A stretch of 63,273 nt of DNA, the filler included, from Basidiobolus ranarum (lineage: Eukaryota), in NCBI GenBank assembly GCA_040143965.1. It is 37 parts of 37 records of this genome, joined end to end, with 100 filler letters (N's around TTAATTAATTAA, not from the genome) between each part and the next. Parts side by side here need not be neighbours in the genome. Positions count along the whole stretch, not along the records: positions 12,033 to 13,649 come from JASJQH010011579.1; positions 13,750 to 15,366 come from JASJQH010011580.1; positions 15,467 to 17,082 come from JASJQH010011581.1; positions 17,183 to 18,798 come from JASJQH010011582.1; positions 18,899 to 20,513 come from JASJQH010011583.1; positions 20,614 to 22,228 come from JASJQH010011584.1; positions 22,329 to 23,943 come from JASJQH010011585.1; positions 24,044 to 25,658 come from JASJQH010011586.1; 29 more parts are not named here. One strand, 5' to 3'. Under the pieces are notes generated by a model that saw only the letters and a program-made list of their open reading frames with translations, was not told the DNA's origin and ran no database searches. The first letter of the stretch is position 1. The number at the start of each line of letters is the position of its first letter. Both the position numbers and the translations under genes were made by a program. Of the stretch, positions 12,033 to 24,611 are shown piece after piece.

Positions 12033-12693
12033 AATCATTCCGATGCTGGTGATCTACATGCTGATCGCAGTCGAGTCCATTGGTACCATCACTGCCTGTT
12101 GCGATGTCTCTGGAGTGGAGGTGTCGGGACCAGTATTCGAGACCCGTATTCAAGGTGGAGTGTTGGCTGATGGACTCAACAGTCTCTTTGCGGGACTGCT
12201 CACCAACCCACCGATGTCGACATTTGCACAGAACAACGGAATTGTAGCACTGACCAGATGTGCGAATCTAACCACTGGCTATGCCTGTTGCCTTTTCCTG
12301 ATCATCATGGGAGTATTCTCCAAGTTGGCCTCAGTGTTCCTTGCCATTCCCGAGTCGGTGTTGGGTGGAATGACCACCTTCCTGTTTGCCAATGTACTTG
12401 TATCCGGCATTCGTATTCTCTCTTACCTCAAATGGACACGTCGTGATCGTTTTATCGCAGCGGCAGCCATGACTCTCGGCATGGGTACTACCATCAAAGA
12501 GGACTGGTTCTCCTACGCACTTTCTTCCTACAAGGGCTCTAACACCACAGTCAACGGCCTCATCATCTCTGCTGAAATGATTGTGAACTCTGGTTTCACC
12601 ATTGCTTCGATCATAGCAATCATTTTGAACTTGGTAATGCCTAAAGAAGCTGAGGATCTTGAAGAGGAGGAGAATAATGGACATCCAGTCTAA
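12033..12693 (+). CDS. NCS2/NAT-family purine (xanthine/uric acid) permease, UapA/UapC-like, 5' partial
   Basis: ESIG, GGVLADG, NAT signature TFAQNNGIVALTR, IPESVLGGMTTFLF, multiple hydrophobic helices. Confidence 0.93.
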
Positions 12694-13192
12694 ATTGATA
12701 ACATTTTGAATTTGTAATTAAGCCTTTTCACCACATAATCCTAGTTTGAATTAGATTTACACTGCAGAAACGGCAACCCTAATTATGAGTACCGATGGTC
12801 AATATCAATCCCTGACGCATTGAGTGTGTTCATATCACTCAATCTAACATAATAAATATGTTGAATTTTAACTGGAACTTTTGATTTAAAGATTGAACAT
12901 GAAGTTATTTATGCTGGACCCATTGAATATTTTAAAGTAAGAAGGCTTCGTATTCAGATAGTTGATTGTTCAATCATTCGATATATTATTATTTATGGTT
13001 GTGCGGCGTTAGATTTATTGGCATGATTCTCTGATATCATGAATCAAGTGGGATATTCGAGAGGGGATTACTCAAAAGAGCGATAATTTCAAGTAAATCA
13101 AGTAAAAAAAGCAAAATTGGGTATCTAAAGTGCTTGTGGATTTCAATATATAGCTTTTATATCGGCTCTTTGGGAAATAAGTGGTGAAATTA

Positions 13193-13649
13193 TCATTTAC
13201 TTTTTGGTGACTTTTTTCTATCTCGGCTTCTGCTACGATCTCTACTCCTGTGACTATCCCGATCCCTACTTCTGTCTCGGTGCCTACGCCTATCCCGATC
13301 AGTGCTTCTATCTCTATGTCTGCGTCTGTCTCGATCTCTACTTCTATCCCTGTGTCGACTTCCGTCCCGATCAGAGCTTCTTTGGCGATGACTGCGTCTA
13401 TCCCGGTCTCTGCTTCTATCTCTGCGTCGGTCACGGCTTCTACTTCTGTCTCTATCATCATGACGAGACTTTGCATGATCTTTTTCTTTCTCACTTGAAT
13501 CCACTAACTTTATATTTTTATCATCCATCGATTCCTCAGCATTCTTTTCATTTAAGCTTTCCTTCTCTTCTTCTTCCTTCAGCAAGTATTCTAACGGGCT
13601 TATTCTTGGTTTTAAATCTCCATTAGTCTCCAGTACCTCTCTTTTCAAT
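13193..13649 (-). CDS. PRP38: Pre-mRNA splicing factor PRP38-like C-terminus with RS/RD domain, 5' partial
   Basis: LKREVLETNGDLKPRISPLE resembles the conserved PRP38A segment (KRxVLEExxxLEPRVSALE), followed by RDRSRSRD repeats. Confidence 0.7.
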
Positions 13650-13911
13650 NNNNNNNNNNNNNNNNNNNNNNNNNNNNNNNNNNNNNNNNNNNNTTAATTA
13701 ATTAANNNNNNNNNNNNNNNNNNNNNNNNNNNNNNNNNNNNNNNNNNNNGTAGAGCCTGAAACCATCAAGACTTTATTGTAGTTGTCCAAAGCTTAATCA
13801 ATAAGGGAAAAAATGTTGGAGAAGAAATTCATCAAATTCACCTTCCATTTGATCTAATTGAGTTCAAATTTTAGTGCTATTTTTTCATCCATTTTACTGT
13901 GAAAATTTCTA

Positions 13912-14760
13912 ATGTTTCGCTCTCTAATTTATCCCTGGTTTCGACGAGGCGGGTCATGTAAAAGATGCCCTTTAGACCAAACAGTGGATAAACTTGGTCT
14001 CGCAGTCCAGAAAAAATTTCAGATACCTCATACTAGAGGTTACACCTTATTTCGAGGGTTTGAGGATGGGGCGTTAGAACCAAACTGCACCTACGATGGA
14101 GTTAAAATCTATGTTGCATCTACTTTACCAGAGTTGTTAATCTCTTTGAAATATCTTCAAGCCTCCTTGAAGAAGCATAAGCTCACTCATGTCGGTTTTG
14201 ATACTGAAAAAGAGACATTAAGTGAAGATATTCCCAAGAAAGATTCCCTGTATAAGCAGTTTGAAACTACCAAACTCCCCCCTAAGAAACTTGCTTTGGT
14301 TCAATTCGCTACAAAAGATGTTTGCATTCTAATAAGAATCCCTCTGGTATTTAAAGATATCCAAGATACTACAAAGTTGTTTGTATTTCCATCTGAGCTT
14401 CGGGCATTTTTAGAGAATGAGAAAATCCTCAAAGTTGGAGTGAGCGCTAGTTGGGACTCTCACGCTTTGAAAGCTGAATACAAACTGTTGACACGTGGAG
14501 TGGTGAATCTGGACCGTATCGCTAAAAGCCTAGGCCATGGAACTACGAGTTTAAAGAGTCTATGCATTCGATATCAAGTTGGTATTAATCCGTTGGATTT
14601 AAGGCACAAACAATGGTTTCAGAAAGAACTATCAGAACGAAGTATACTCTACGCTGCTAAGGATGCAATAGCAGGGTATCGAGTGTACAGTTCTATGAAA
14701 GATCAAATGGATCATAAAGACCTTATATTCCCTTCAGTTAGAAAAAGAAGAAGAAAGTAA
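13912..14760 (+). CDS. DEDDy 3'-5' exonuclease (WRN-exo/EXD2-like)
   Basis: ExoI VGFDTE, LALVQFAT, ExoII LKVGVSASWD, SLKSL, ExoIII YAAKDA; C-terminal RKRRRK; intronless, 282 aa. Confidence 0.88.
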   Translation: MFRSLIYPWFRRGGSCKRCPLDQTVDKLGLAVQKKFQIPHTRGYTLFRGFEDGALEPNCTYDGVKIYVASTLPELLISLKYLQASLKKHKLTHVGFDTEKETLSEDIPKKDSLYKQFETTKLPPKKLALVQFATKDVCILIRIPLVFKDIQDTTKLFVFPSELRAFLENEKILKVGVSASWDSHALKAEYKLLTRGVVNLDRIAKSLGHGTTSLKSLCIRYQVGINPLDLRHKQWFQKELSERSILYAAKDAIAGYRVYSSMKDQMDHKDLIFPSVRKRRRK

Positions 14761-15672
14761 TTGCATCCATACTGATAATACATTGCAACGAGCCCCCTTA
14801 TATCCATTGGCAAGCTGAGAGTCACTTGTACTTGTAAATGTCTACACTGTCCCTCGTTTTCATAAACTGTAAAATAAAATCTAGTTAGTGCGACTAAAGG
14901 ATATAACTGGGTGTATTTACTTCTTTGGTAATGACTAATAACGTATTTCTGAAGTCATTCCCAGCCAACTAGAATTTTTCATGGACTTGAACTCATATTA
15001 GCATAGGTTGGCATATACTTCGAATGAAACAATATCAACTGTTTTTTTTAAGACAAGCTATGCTCTAAATGAGAGTAAATAAAGCCAACCCCCTTCCATG
15101 TTGAACAACTACAGTTCACCATGTAGAAGAAAAAGAGAAATAAAAAGCACCGATCTTGGGTAAATTAACACTCTCAGACCCATTGAAGAAACCAGAATCA
15201 ACAATGCTAATCAAATTCCTGAATATCAACAACGACTTGACGATAACAGAAATTAACTCTACTGATATAATTTTTTTTCAGAGATATGCTTATACTCAGC
15301 TGGTACATTGGTCAGAGCCTCCATTTTACAAGAATAGTCATCTTTTTTTTGGCACCAATAAACTAANNNNNNNNNNNNNNNNNNNNNNNNNNNNNNNNNN
15401 NNNNNNNNNNTTAATTAATTAANNNNNNNNNNNNNNNNNNNNNNNNNNNNNNNNNNNNNNNNNNNNTGAAATCAACTCCCTTAACGATCACTATCTTTTG
15501 AGTTACCCAGATCCACCAGCTGTGTCACCATTTACGTTTCTCCCTCACACCCCAGGTTCTACAGATACGACACTTGACCTAGCGATAGCACCAGGACGTA
15601 GATGATTCACTACCATAACGATAAGATAAATATCAGAACACTCCTCATATTCATCAACAACTCAGCACAATT

Positions 15673-16132
15673 ATGAAGTACTCCCGTAGCATCAGACGTC
15701 AGTCCACAGTAAGCTTACAACTCATAAAGCAAGTATCGAGAATGATTTACTCCACTCTGTCCATAGACTACCGTAACTTGGAGGAAGCCGGTCGATTCAA
15801 CGGCATACTAATGCTCACACGGGACATCTTAGATTCAGGACTTCTTCATAAGATTGATGGTAAGCAATGGAATTGAAAGTATATCCATATTACCAGAATA
15901 TGTATTAACACCGGTTATTTCAGAGCTAAGCCACGCGCAAGACGCCCTTTTTGACTCGCTAAACTTGCTCATCTCCGATTGGGAACTGGAAGATTATGAT
16001 GCTGAAGATGTCTTTGATCACATTCTGACCACTGGATCCAGAGTTGAAATGTCTATTCCAGAGTGGGTCAGTTGGGATCAAGCAGAGATAGATATGGAGA
16101 TTGAACTCAGCTTGTTTACTAGAAATATGTAA
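15673..16132 (+). CDS. Hypothetical ~131-aa protein, two exons (15673-15859, 15924-16132)
   Basis: A GTAAGC...TTTCAG 64-nt intron joins the two listed ORFs in frame (KID-E-LSHAQD); AATAAA at ~16178. Confidence 0.6.
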
Positions 16133-16925
16133 AGGTAGCTCTTGGGCTTTAACACTTGAACTTACTACTGTAAATATAATAAATATTCACGATAATTTAC
16201 TGTCATTAATCGCAATCATGTTCGGTTTCGACAAGTACCGATAGTTGAATTTGATGATTTTGTTGGATCAATTATAATCATAGCTCAAAGTTATATTGAT
16301 TTGGATGAAACCCACAATATATCATTACTGTAATTGTTATAAATTTTACGGTACATCGAACAATCATCTGCCAACCTTCCTGAAGCAGTAACCGGTTTGA
16401 GCACGAATCGACCAACTATTATAGCCGTAAAGATCAAGTCATTGTAAGCTTACTAACTCAGATATTATCAGATAGAGCTCTTGATGTACAACTTGCAGAT
16501 AACATTCATAATGGGAATTGCTGGAACTTTCAGAAATTATTCCGAGACATGATAACTTGGACGGCTGTGAGATCGAATCCCATCTCAGAAATAAATAAAA
16601 ACTTCATACGTGATATACTTAAAGACCGAGTTACTGTGCGGCAATCAATGGTTCATATTAACTCTTTAATGCTTACAATTATCAATAAATCAACCGTCCT
16701 AAGCTATTCTAACTTTCTAGTTGTCAGAGATTGCTTCTTTTCTACCCATGTTATAACCAAGAGAATGCTTGTACATCTAGGTTCTTTACTTTACTAGTCC
16801 ATATTCATATACACGATTATTAACAAACCAATTGTTCTTGGCTATTCTCACTTTATAATCGCCAGATATTACATCCAGAGTATGTATTGATCTATTTATC
16901 CAATAAAAGGACCAACTTAATATAT

Positions 16926-17000
16926 ACTTCTGTCGTGCCCTGGAAAGCGCGTTCAAATAACTATAGAACGACTGTGGGTTCGAATCCCATCCCAGAAGCA
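16926..17000 (+). tRNA. Degenerate tRNA-like element, closest to tRNA-Val(AAC); probably a pseudogene
   Basis: Acceptor ACTTCTG/CAGAAGC, D-stem GTGC/GCGC, AAC at the anticodon position, T-arm GTGGG-TTCGAAT-CCCAT; 2 extra nt after the T-stem, no poly-T terminator; partial second copy at 16552-16593. Confidence 0.45.
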
Positions 17001-17496
17001 AAAAAGAGAAATTTAAATGATGACGTTACAATAGAAACAGTTATCCCTGTCCGAAAAGATCATGTGGATGAAAATTGTAGACNNNNNNNNNNNNNNNNNN
17101 NNNNNNNNNNNNNNNNNNNNNNNNNNTTAATTAATTAANNNNNNNNNNNNNNNNNNNNNNNNNNNNNNNNNNNNNNNNNNNNCTGATCATTCTCAAAGGA
17201 CGCTGAAGCCAGTATATTCTTTTGTCAGGCGCCAGCATATTATTCAACAGAAAGCTGGACATTGCATTGTGGTTTATCAGTCCTTAGACATTTCTAGAGG
17301 CTTGATTCCCTTTCACAAAGACCCAAGAGGCAAGAGACAGACCCATATTACAGTACATCCCAGAGTTATTCAACCGTGGTTATTACACCCTTTGGACATC
17401 TCACAAAACCCTTATGATATTGCAGTTGTAGTTGCTGCTTACACCCCAAAACAACTACACCGGCTTTGTATCTTTCTACAGATTCATCAGCTTGCT

Positions 17497-18798
17497 GTTT
17501 AACTTCAAACATCCATTTGCATCCAATTGTTTTTGGTCATCAGGTAACTAAAGCAAAGTCCAAATTTGGTTATCTATGAGTGACGGATACTGCTCTTCCA
17601 TTGCAGCACTCCAAAACTTTGTGTTGGGACTCTCCATAGACTCCTGTACTGATTTGGGCTCATCAGAATAGGCTATATTAGCACTAGGCTCCTTTTGGCT
17701 AGTGTGAGAGTAGTAATCAGGTGGAGATCTCATCTGATTGGATCTCCTAAGATGGGAAATTGGCACTACAACTTCTGGTACCAATTTAGGCAATGAAACC
17801 ACCTCAGGCTTGGTTAAGAAGACTGCAGGTGAGGAGTTTGCAATGTTTTTCTCACTGAACAGGATCTGGTGAGAGAAAGAAGAATTTTCATCAATTTTGG
17901 GTTGTTTTTCTTGATCCCAGATTGTTTTGATTGAAAATTTTCCTTCTTCAGCAAGTTCCACACCGCTTGACTTGATTAGCCTCTTATTTTCAGTGTCATA
18001 TAGTCTGTACCCTTTTGTTTCATTCTAATGTCCCAAAAAAAGACATTTCTGGCTTTTTGGTCTAATTTTGATCTCTTCTGGTCTGGAATCATTGCATATG
18101 CAGTACTTCCAAAAACTCTCAGATTAGCCACACCAGGTTCACTTCCAAACCAAGCTTGACAAGGTATCATAGCTAATAAAGACCTAGAAGGACATCTATT
18201 CCTATTATATATTGCAGTTGCAACCAATTCGGCACAGAACTGTTTTGGCAAATCTTGATCATAAAGCATTGATCTTGACTTTTCCATTATTGATCTGTTT
18301 GCATTTTCTGCTACTCCATCCTGCTGTGGAGAACAGGGGACTGTAGTCTGCTGTTTTATCCTATGTGCAGAAGTTAGAGAAGAGTTTTGAGTTATATTCC
18401 CCTCAATTAACAGTATGGATGATCTTAATCTTTAGACCTTTTTCAGTCTCCACCATTACTTTGAATTTCTTGAAGATATCAAATGCTTCATCCTTACTGG
18501 CCAGAAAGTAAACCTAAGTATACTTTGTCTAACAATTAATAAAGGTCAAAAAAAACCTTTTTCCACCTAAGGATTTTGTCTGCATTGTGCCACACAGATC
18601 TGAGTGTATCAAGCCCAACTTTTAATCAATTTTGCCATTCCAGAGCCCACATATGGCTGTCTGTGTTGCCTACCATATATGAAACCTTCACATTATTGGG
18701 AAAATATGGGCTGTTTGGAGGAACTTTAGAAAAGTGGAGTTGTGAATAGCTTTGTGAGATAATTATTTATTGACCAGAAATTAAGCATTTATACATTT
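17497..18798 (-). mobile_element. Copia family A pol (integrase to RT start), degenerate, with an LTR-A 3' end at 18694-18798
   Basis: IHSDLCG, MEKSRSML, LRVFGSTAYAMIPDQKRSKLD, EPKSVQE...W...MEEQ. Confidence 0.9.
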
Positions 18799-20036
18799 NN
18801 NNNNNNNNNNNNNNNNNNNNNNNNNNNNNNNNNNNNNNNNNNTTAATTAATTAANNNNNNNNNNNNNNNNNNNNNNNNNNNNNNNNNNNNNNNNNNNNTA
18901 CCAGTTTCAGCTATTCTACCAATTGCACTTTGCACAGTTGTGCGCTTCATGTCAATCATGGTTGAAATGTCATGCTGACTGATTCCAAGCTGCTGCAAGT
19001 AGAAAACCGCGGTCAATTTCATTTTTTTACTTCTTGTTCTGATCCTTTAGGATCTTGCAATCTTTTAATGGGAATTTCAACAGTTCTACTCATATTGTGA
19101 CCTAATAAAATAGCTTGAAGTAGAAGTGAAAAGGAGGAAAATTTGTTAATTTTTGGAGTTGACGAAACATTATTAACCCCGACTGTATATAGCGCTCATA
19201 ACGAATTCATTTTTTTGCTGGCATTTTTTAAATGACAATATCTCGTCATTTACTCCATGTTCTAACGTGCTATTTGTCACACTGCTTAAGCAGAGCCCAA
19301 ATGACAGCCTTTCATGCTATGAAGGTGCTTCTAGTGAGTAAATCTGTTTTGAGTGCAACATGTTTTTTGCGCTAAGATTATAAATTATCAGCTATATTAC
19401 TATGCCCTACATTATATAAGAACCAAAATCGTAATATTATGGCTTTGGCCATGACTATCACATGCCTTATTTAAGCCTTACTGGCTAGCACCAATTAAAT
19501 CTCTCACAATCGGTAGATGGTGGATATGAGTCTATAAAAATAGCGGAAGTTGAGTTTCGTATATGTAAAGAAAAAGCTGCTTTTCAGTCAGCAATGCATT
19601 AAAATTGGCTTGTGAAACAATATTTTACTCCAATATTTTCATAATTTGATAAATCTAGTCAAAAAAATGTTGGGATCTAAAATGAAAGTTCAGGGAAACA
19701 CATTCTGCTTCCCATATAGCAGTAAGCTTATCAAATAGAGCTTTAGTCAATGGATTATCTCAGACAGCTTGGCCAGTTGAATTTGATCAGCTGGAGTAGA
19801 GTCAGGGAGAATGTCATTACTTATATATATTACTAGATAGCAAATCTCCAACACTACATTATTGATTATGTAACCATTGGGTCAAACATAAAAACTAGTA
19901 TTCCTGTGTATGCCAAGCTTTTATTTTAAGTTTCATTAATCCCAGATGTGTTAGTGCAAAATGTTAGTTTCATTAACTTTTGCTGCTAATTGCTAAGATT
20001 TTGTCACCACCCCATTCCATTCAAGTAGCCTGTATG

Positions 20037-20513
20037 TGTTAAAATATTTAGGACCCTGTTAGAAGTGGTTTGGAGAATTTGAGAAATTGGTGGTTTTCAC
20101 TTGTTGATTTATTTAGTAGAAAGTTGACATTTATAGTTTTGTCAAGATGTAAACAAAGTAACATGTAGAATGTGTTAAGGAAGGTCTTAGAAACACGTGT
20201 GCAAAGTTTGGGGCTTCTAGCACAAGTTCTCAGATATATAGATTTTTTATCTGTTCTATCTATGACTACCAACAAGGATTCTCAGATGTGGTATATTGAT
20301 TCTGGAGCTTCCCAACATTTCACAAATGAAAAACATTGGTTTGTGGATTATGAAGAAATCCCAATTAGAAAGGTTTTCATGGGAGATGACTGCACATTGG
20401 ATGCTATTGGAATGGGAACAATTCAAGTCAATTTAACTGGAGCTTCTGAAGAGAAAGTATATACTTTTAAGGATGTACTACATGTTCCAGATATTGCCAA
20501 GAATCTAATATCT
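20037..20513. mobile_element. Partial LTR-C (minus, from 20037 to ~20230) joined to a Copia protease region (plus)
   Basis: Reverse complement of the LTR-C 3' half; WYIDSGASQHFT...DVLHVPDIAKNLIS. Confidence 0.85.
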
Positions 20514-20613
20514 NNNNNNNNNNNNNNNNNNNNNNNNNNNNNNNNNNNNNNNNNNNNTTAATTAATTAANNNNNNNNNNNNNNNNNNNNNNNNNNNNNNN
20601 NNNNNNNNNNNNN

Positions 20614-21958
20614 GTTGTGGCCCACGAAACCAAATGATGTGTCCATCCAAATCTGTCAAAACCTGGGGCTTTGCACAGTGAGCTGTTTACGTGCCAGAAT
20701 AGGATAGGTTTTGGTTGCTTTTGCCCTGTCAATTCTCACAGGAAATGTGTCAAGAACATATATGATACAAACTCTTTTGGGAAATACACCAGGAAATGGA
20801 AGGAAATCAGAGTCTCCAAATATTTTGTCCCAGGCAGCTTCAACATTGTTCTTCACTGAAGCCAGATAATTCTCACCTACTTGAAGCCTGGTATGAAAGC
20901 TTCTCTCACCTTTAATATCATTAATAGTGCACCAAAATTGGATGGACAATAGTCAATGCAGCAATAAATCAAATTGCCTAGCTGCTTTCTGGTAGGTATT
21001 GGAGTATATTAGCCACAGTATCTCTCAAATATAGCTTGTAGGGTGGTGATAGGAAAGCCAGTACTTGCTTTTGGATTAATGAGGAATGAACATTCAGAGT
21101 AGATGGAGAGCATGATACTAATCTTGTATTGGGCTGGCACAGTGCATATCAATCCAGCTTGCACAAGGTATTTGTCTAAGAATTTCAATTCTGCCCAAAA
21201 AAAAACTAAACCAATTTGATCTGGATTGGATCCACCCTTCTGGATTGCAAAACCATCAGAGAACCAACACAATATTGGTGGCTTGCATTCATCCAAGGAT
21301 TTTGATGGTGATAGAACTTGTATTGAGATGGCATGATACTTATTGATCCAGCATGAATGAGTTCTTCATCTAAGAATTTTAATTATCATGGTAAAATTCC
21401 CTACATTCTGTATACTAAGATTTCTGTTTGCATTTATTATTCTAATTATTTTGATTATTTGTAATTGCATTGAAATGATGAAATAAACTGCATCACAAAG
21501 TTAATCATAGTTGGATCTGAATCAATTTATTTTGCATACATATTGAAAAGCTTAAAGTCAAATGAATTATGCTTAATCACTCAATAGGAAATTAGCTTTG
21601 ACATTTTAACCAATTATATAAAAGGATCCCTAATTCTGATTGAAACTAACATAGTCTAACATCATTAATATACATGGTAGTCACATATCATGTCAAAAAA
21701 AGATTCCTCCTGATCCACAACCTACTTTGGTACAGGAAACCACCACTTTCAAAATTTCATGTGCACAGTCAAACAAAGATATGGGTGGTGCAAAGCAGCA
21801 TGCACCTGACAATTTTACAGAGGCCCAGGTATCCACTATGAATTTTTGCTTGGATATCAAGGAGTTATTGATAAACCTGACAGAATCTGAGGAAGGGGGC
21901 ATTAAGCAAAAGTGGAGCAACTTTTGACTCTGCTTTGGAGAGAATACTATATCTTCAT
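20614..21958. mobile_element. Second copy of the Harbinger-type element (transposase minus, Myb-like ORF plus), with a CMC right-end fragment at 21194-21320
   Basis: Collinear with contig 1 (VLDTFPVRIDR; FTEAQVSTMNFCLDIKELL...GGIKQKW). Confidence 0.8.
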
Positions 21959-22228
21959 TGCTAACAAAAATAAAATCAATTTGATCCGGATTGGATCCAC
22001 CCTCCAAAAAAGCAAAACCATCAGAGAACCAACAAAATATTGGTGGCTTGCATTCTGCCAGGGATTTTGATGGTGTGATGACGGTTTCTTGATGGTATTT
22101 TGACATTATTCATACATGTTGAAATATTGATTCTCAAATTTGGCATGAATTATTCAATATCTGGCAATTTTTGCAAAAAAATAGTTTTTGAATGGCAATT
22201 ACTGGGGTTACTGCTGTTGGAATTCATA
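21959..22228 (-). mobile_element. CMC/CACTA right end inserted in the Harbinger ORF2
   Basis: CTAACAAAAATAAAATCAATTTGATCCGGATTGGATCC. Confidence 0.8.
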
Positions 22229-22328
22229 NNNNNNNNNNNNNNNNNNNNNNNNNNNNNNNNNNNNNNNNNNNNTTAATTAATTAANNNNNNNNNNNNNNNN
22301 NNNNNNNNNNNNNNNNNNNNNNNNNNNN

Positions 22329-23344
22329 CAACACTTAAAGATTATAGGCCCTTGCTATATATTCTGGGAGTTCCCAATGGAGCACACCTTTGGTGAAATG
22401 ATGCTCCATGTGAAGTTGTCAGTATTACTGTATGCTAATCTGATTAACAATGTAACAGCAAAATCAGTGATGGATGTAATATGATGAGTCAAGGAGACTC
22501 CAGAGTATATTAACCTGCCAACATAGAGCTCTACTCAATATGCTCATGGGTTTTTACATTGTTTGATTACAATAACAGCAACAAAGCCCAATCCATGGAC
22601 ACAGAGTAAGTACCTCTATAATTGGACTAATATGGTTGTGTGATAATCTGATGGTATTTTTGGGAAAGCTGCAAGACAGACTTCTTGGTGAGATAGATCA
22701 AGATACACAGTTTTATTGTTTTAGCCATGGGGTAATCTATTCAAGCAATGACACATCTACTTGTCACAGGACATTTGTTGACTGCAAGTTGGCAATATAT
22801 TGGCTGAATTCTTTACAGAAATTTACCAAAATCCAGGAGCTTATTCTCACTATGAATGGTAACAAGAGTTGGCTTTTTGCCAAGTGTTTGTGCTATTCAA
22901 AATTTCAGATGTTTAGCAATTTTCCACCATTAGTTTGCTGGTAAAGCATATTGATGTTGTTGAGTTATATCTAATTAGTCAAGTATGAGCATATGTAGAG
23001 ACTAAACACAACAAGATTCTTGAATATTTTGATTCTCATTGTGGCTGGAATACCAAGCCTAAAATATCTAAATAAAGGCATGCATATTAAATCAAATTCA
23101 TACAGCATTAAACCCAGTAATTTGACATTCAAAAATTGCCAGATACTAAATAATGCATGCCAAATTTGAGGATCAATGTTTTTACATGTACAAATACCAT
23201 CAATATACTGTTAAGAAACCACCATCACACCATCAAAATCCCTGGCAGAATGCAAGCCACCAATATTGTGACGGTTCTCTGATGGTTTTGCTATTTTGCA
23301 AGGTGGATCCAATCCAGATCAAATCAAATTTATTTTTGTTAGGG
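22329..23344 (+). mobile_element. CMC/CACTA transposase 3' part through the right terminus
   Basis: GPCYIFWEFPME motif; ends in TTTTTGTTAGGG at 23344. Confidence 0.85.
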
Positions 23345-23943
23345 ATCAACATGTAGAGCAATTTTGACTTTGGTGGCTTTGATAGTCTTGAAGTATATGC
23401 AGTGATCAGCTTTGCTACAATGGAAAAGATGTTTCATGAAGATCTGATTGATTTTGGTATTCCATGTGCAAGGAGCCTGTTTCAGACCATATAAACTTCT
23501 CTGTAGTTTATGTACTTGATGTTCTTTTCCTTTTGCAATATATCCCTCTGGTTGATCCATGTATATATCTTCATCAATTTTTCCATCAAGAAATGCTGTC
23601 TTGACATCCATTTGTTCAATTAGCATTCCTTGATGGGTAGCAATGGCTAGGATTACTCTGATTGAGGTAAACTTAGCAACAGAAGAAAATGTTTCATCAT
23701 AGTCAATGCCATCTTTCTGAGCATAACCTTTTACTACTAATCTTGCTTTGTACTGGTTGAAAGATCCATCTGAGTTAAGTTTCAGTTTCAGCACCCATCT
23801 ATTACCAATAGTTTTTCATCCACTAGGTAAGTCCACAAGAATCCATGTGTTATTCTTGATTAGGGAGCAAATTTCTTCATCAGTGGCTTTTCTCAATTCT
23901 GTTGCTTCATCAGATTTCAGAGCTTGTGTCAAATTTTTTGGTT
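23345..23943 (-). mobile_element. Copia reverse transcriptase (RVT_2)
   Basis: YKARLVVKGYAQKDGIDYDETFS, QMDVKTAFL, SLYGLKQAP; cut at the YVDD-equivalent (LHVD) by the CMC terminus. Confidence 0.95.
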
Positions 23944-24059
23944 NNNNNNNNNNNNNNNNNNNNNNNNNNNNNNNNNNNNNNNNNNNNTTAATTAATTAAN
24001 NNNNNNNNNNNNNNNNNNNNNNNNNNNNNNNNNNNNNNNNNNNCTTTGGAGGGTTTTGG

Positions 24060-24611
24060 GAGTGTTGATTCTCACAGGAAATGTGTCAAGAATTCTTCTG
24101 ATATGAACTCAATGAGGATATGCTCCAGGAAATTGAAGGAAATTAAAGTTGCTGAATTGTTGGTCCCAAGCATCTTCAATATCATTCATGACTGAAGCTA
24201 GATAATTCTCACTTACTTGAAGCCTGGTATGGAAGCTTCTCCCACTTTTACTACCATTAATAGTTCACTGAAATCTGATTGGACAATAGTTTTGTAGTAA
24301 TAATACAAATTGACTAGCTCCTTTTAAGTAGGCATTGGACTATATGAGCCACAGTATTTCTGAAATTTAGCTACTAAAATGGTGATAGGAAAGCCAGTAG
24401 TTACTTTTGGATTAATGAGAAATGACCATTTAGAGCTGACAGAGCATGCTACTAATCTTCTATTGGAATGGCATGATATTGATTGATCCAACTTGCCTAA
24501 AATATTTATCTAACAATATGAAATATCATGGTAAAATTCCCTACATTCTGTAAAATAAAATATCTGTTAGTGTTAAATATCCTAATTATTTCAAAAATTT
24601 GTAATTGCATG
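24060..24611 (-). mobile_element. Harbinger-type transposase 5' part, third copy
   Basis: Nucleotide similarity to 250-790 and 20730-21470. Confidence 0.75.

Noticed and set aside
13072..13626. Alternative-frame and antisense ORFs (13072-13494, 13204-13626, 13250-13498)
   Set aside because: Shadows of the RS/RD repeat in the PRP38-like gene
16945..16960. TTCAAA suggesting a selenocysteine tRNA (UCA)
   Set aside because: TCA falls in the anticodon stem, not the loop; there is no long variable arm; the fold fits a Val(AAC)-like layout better
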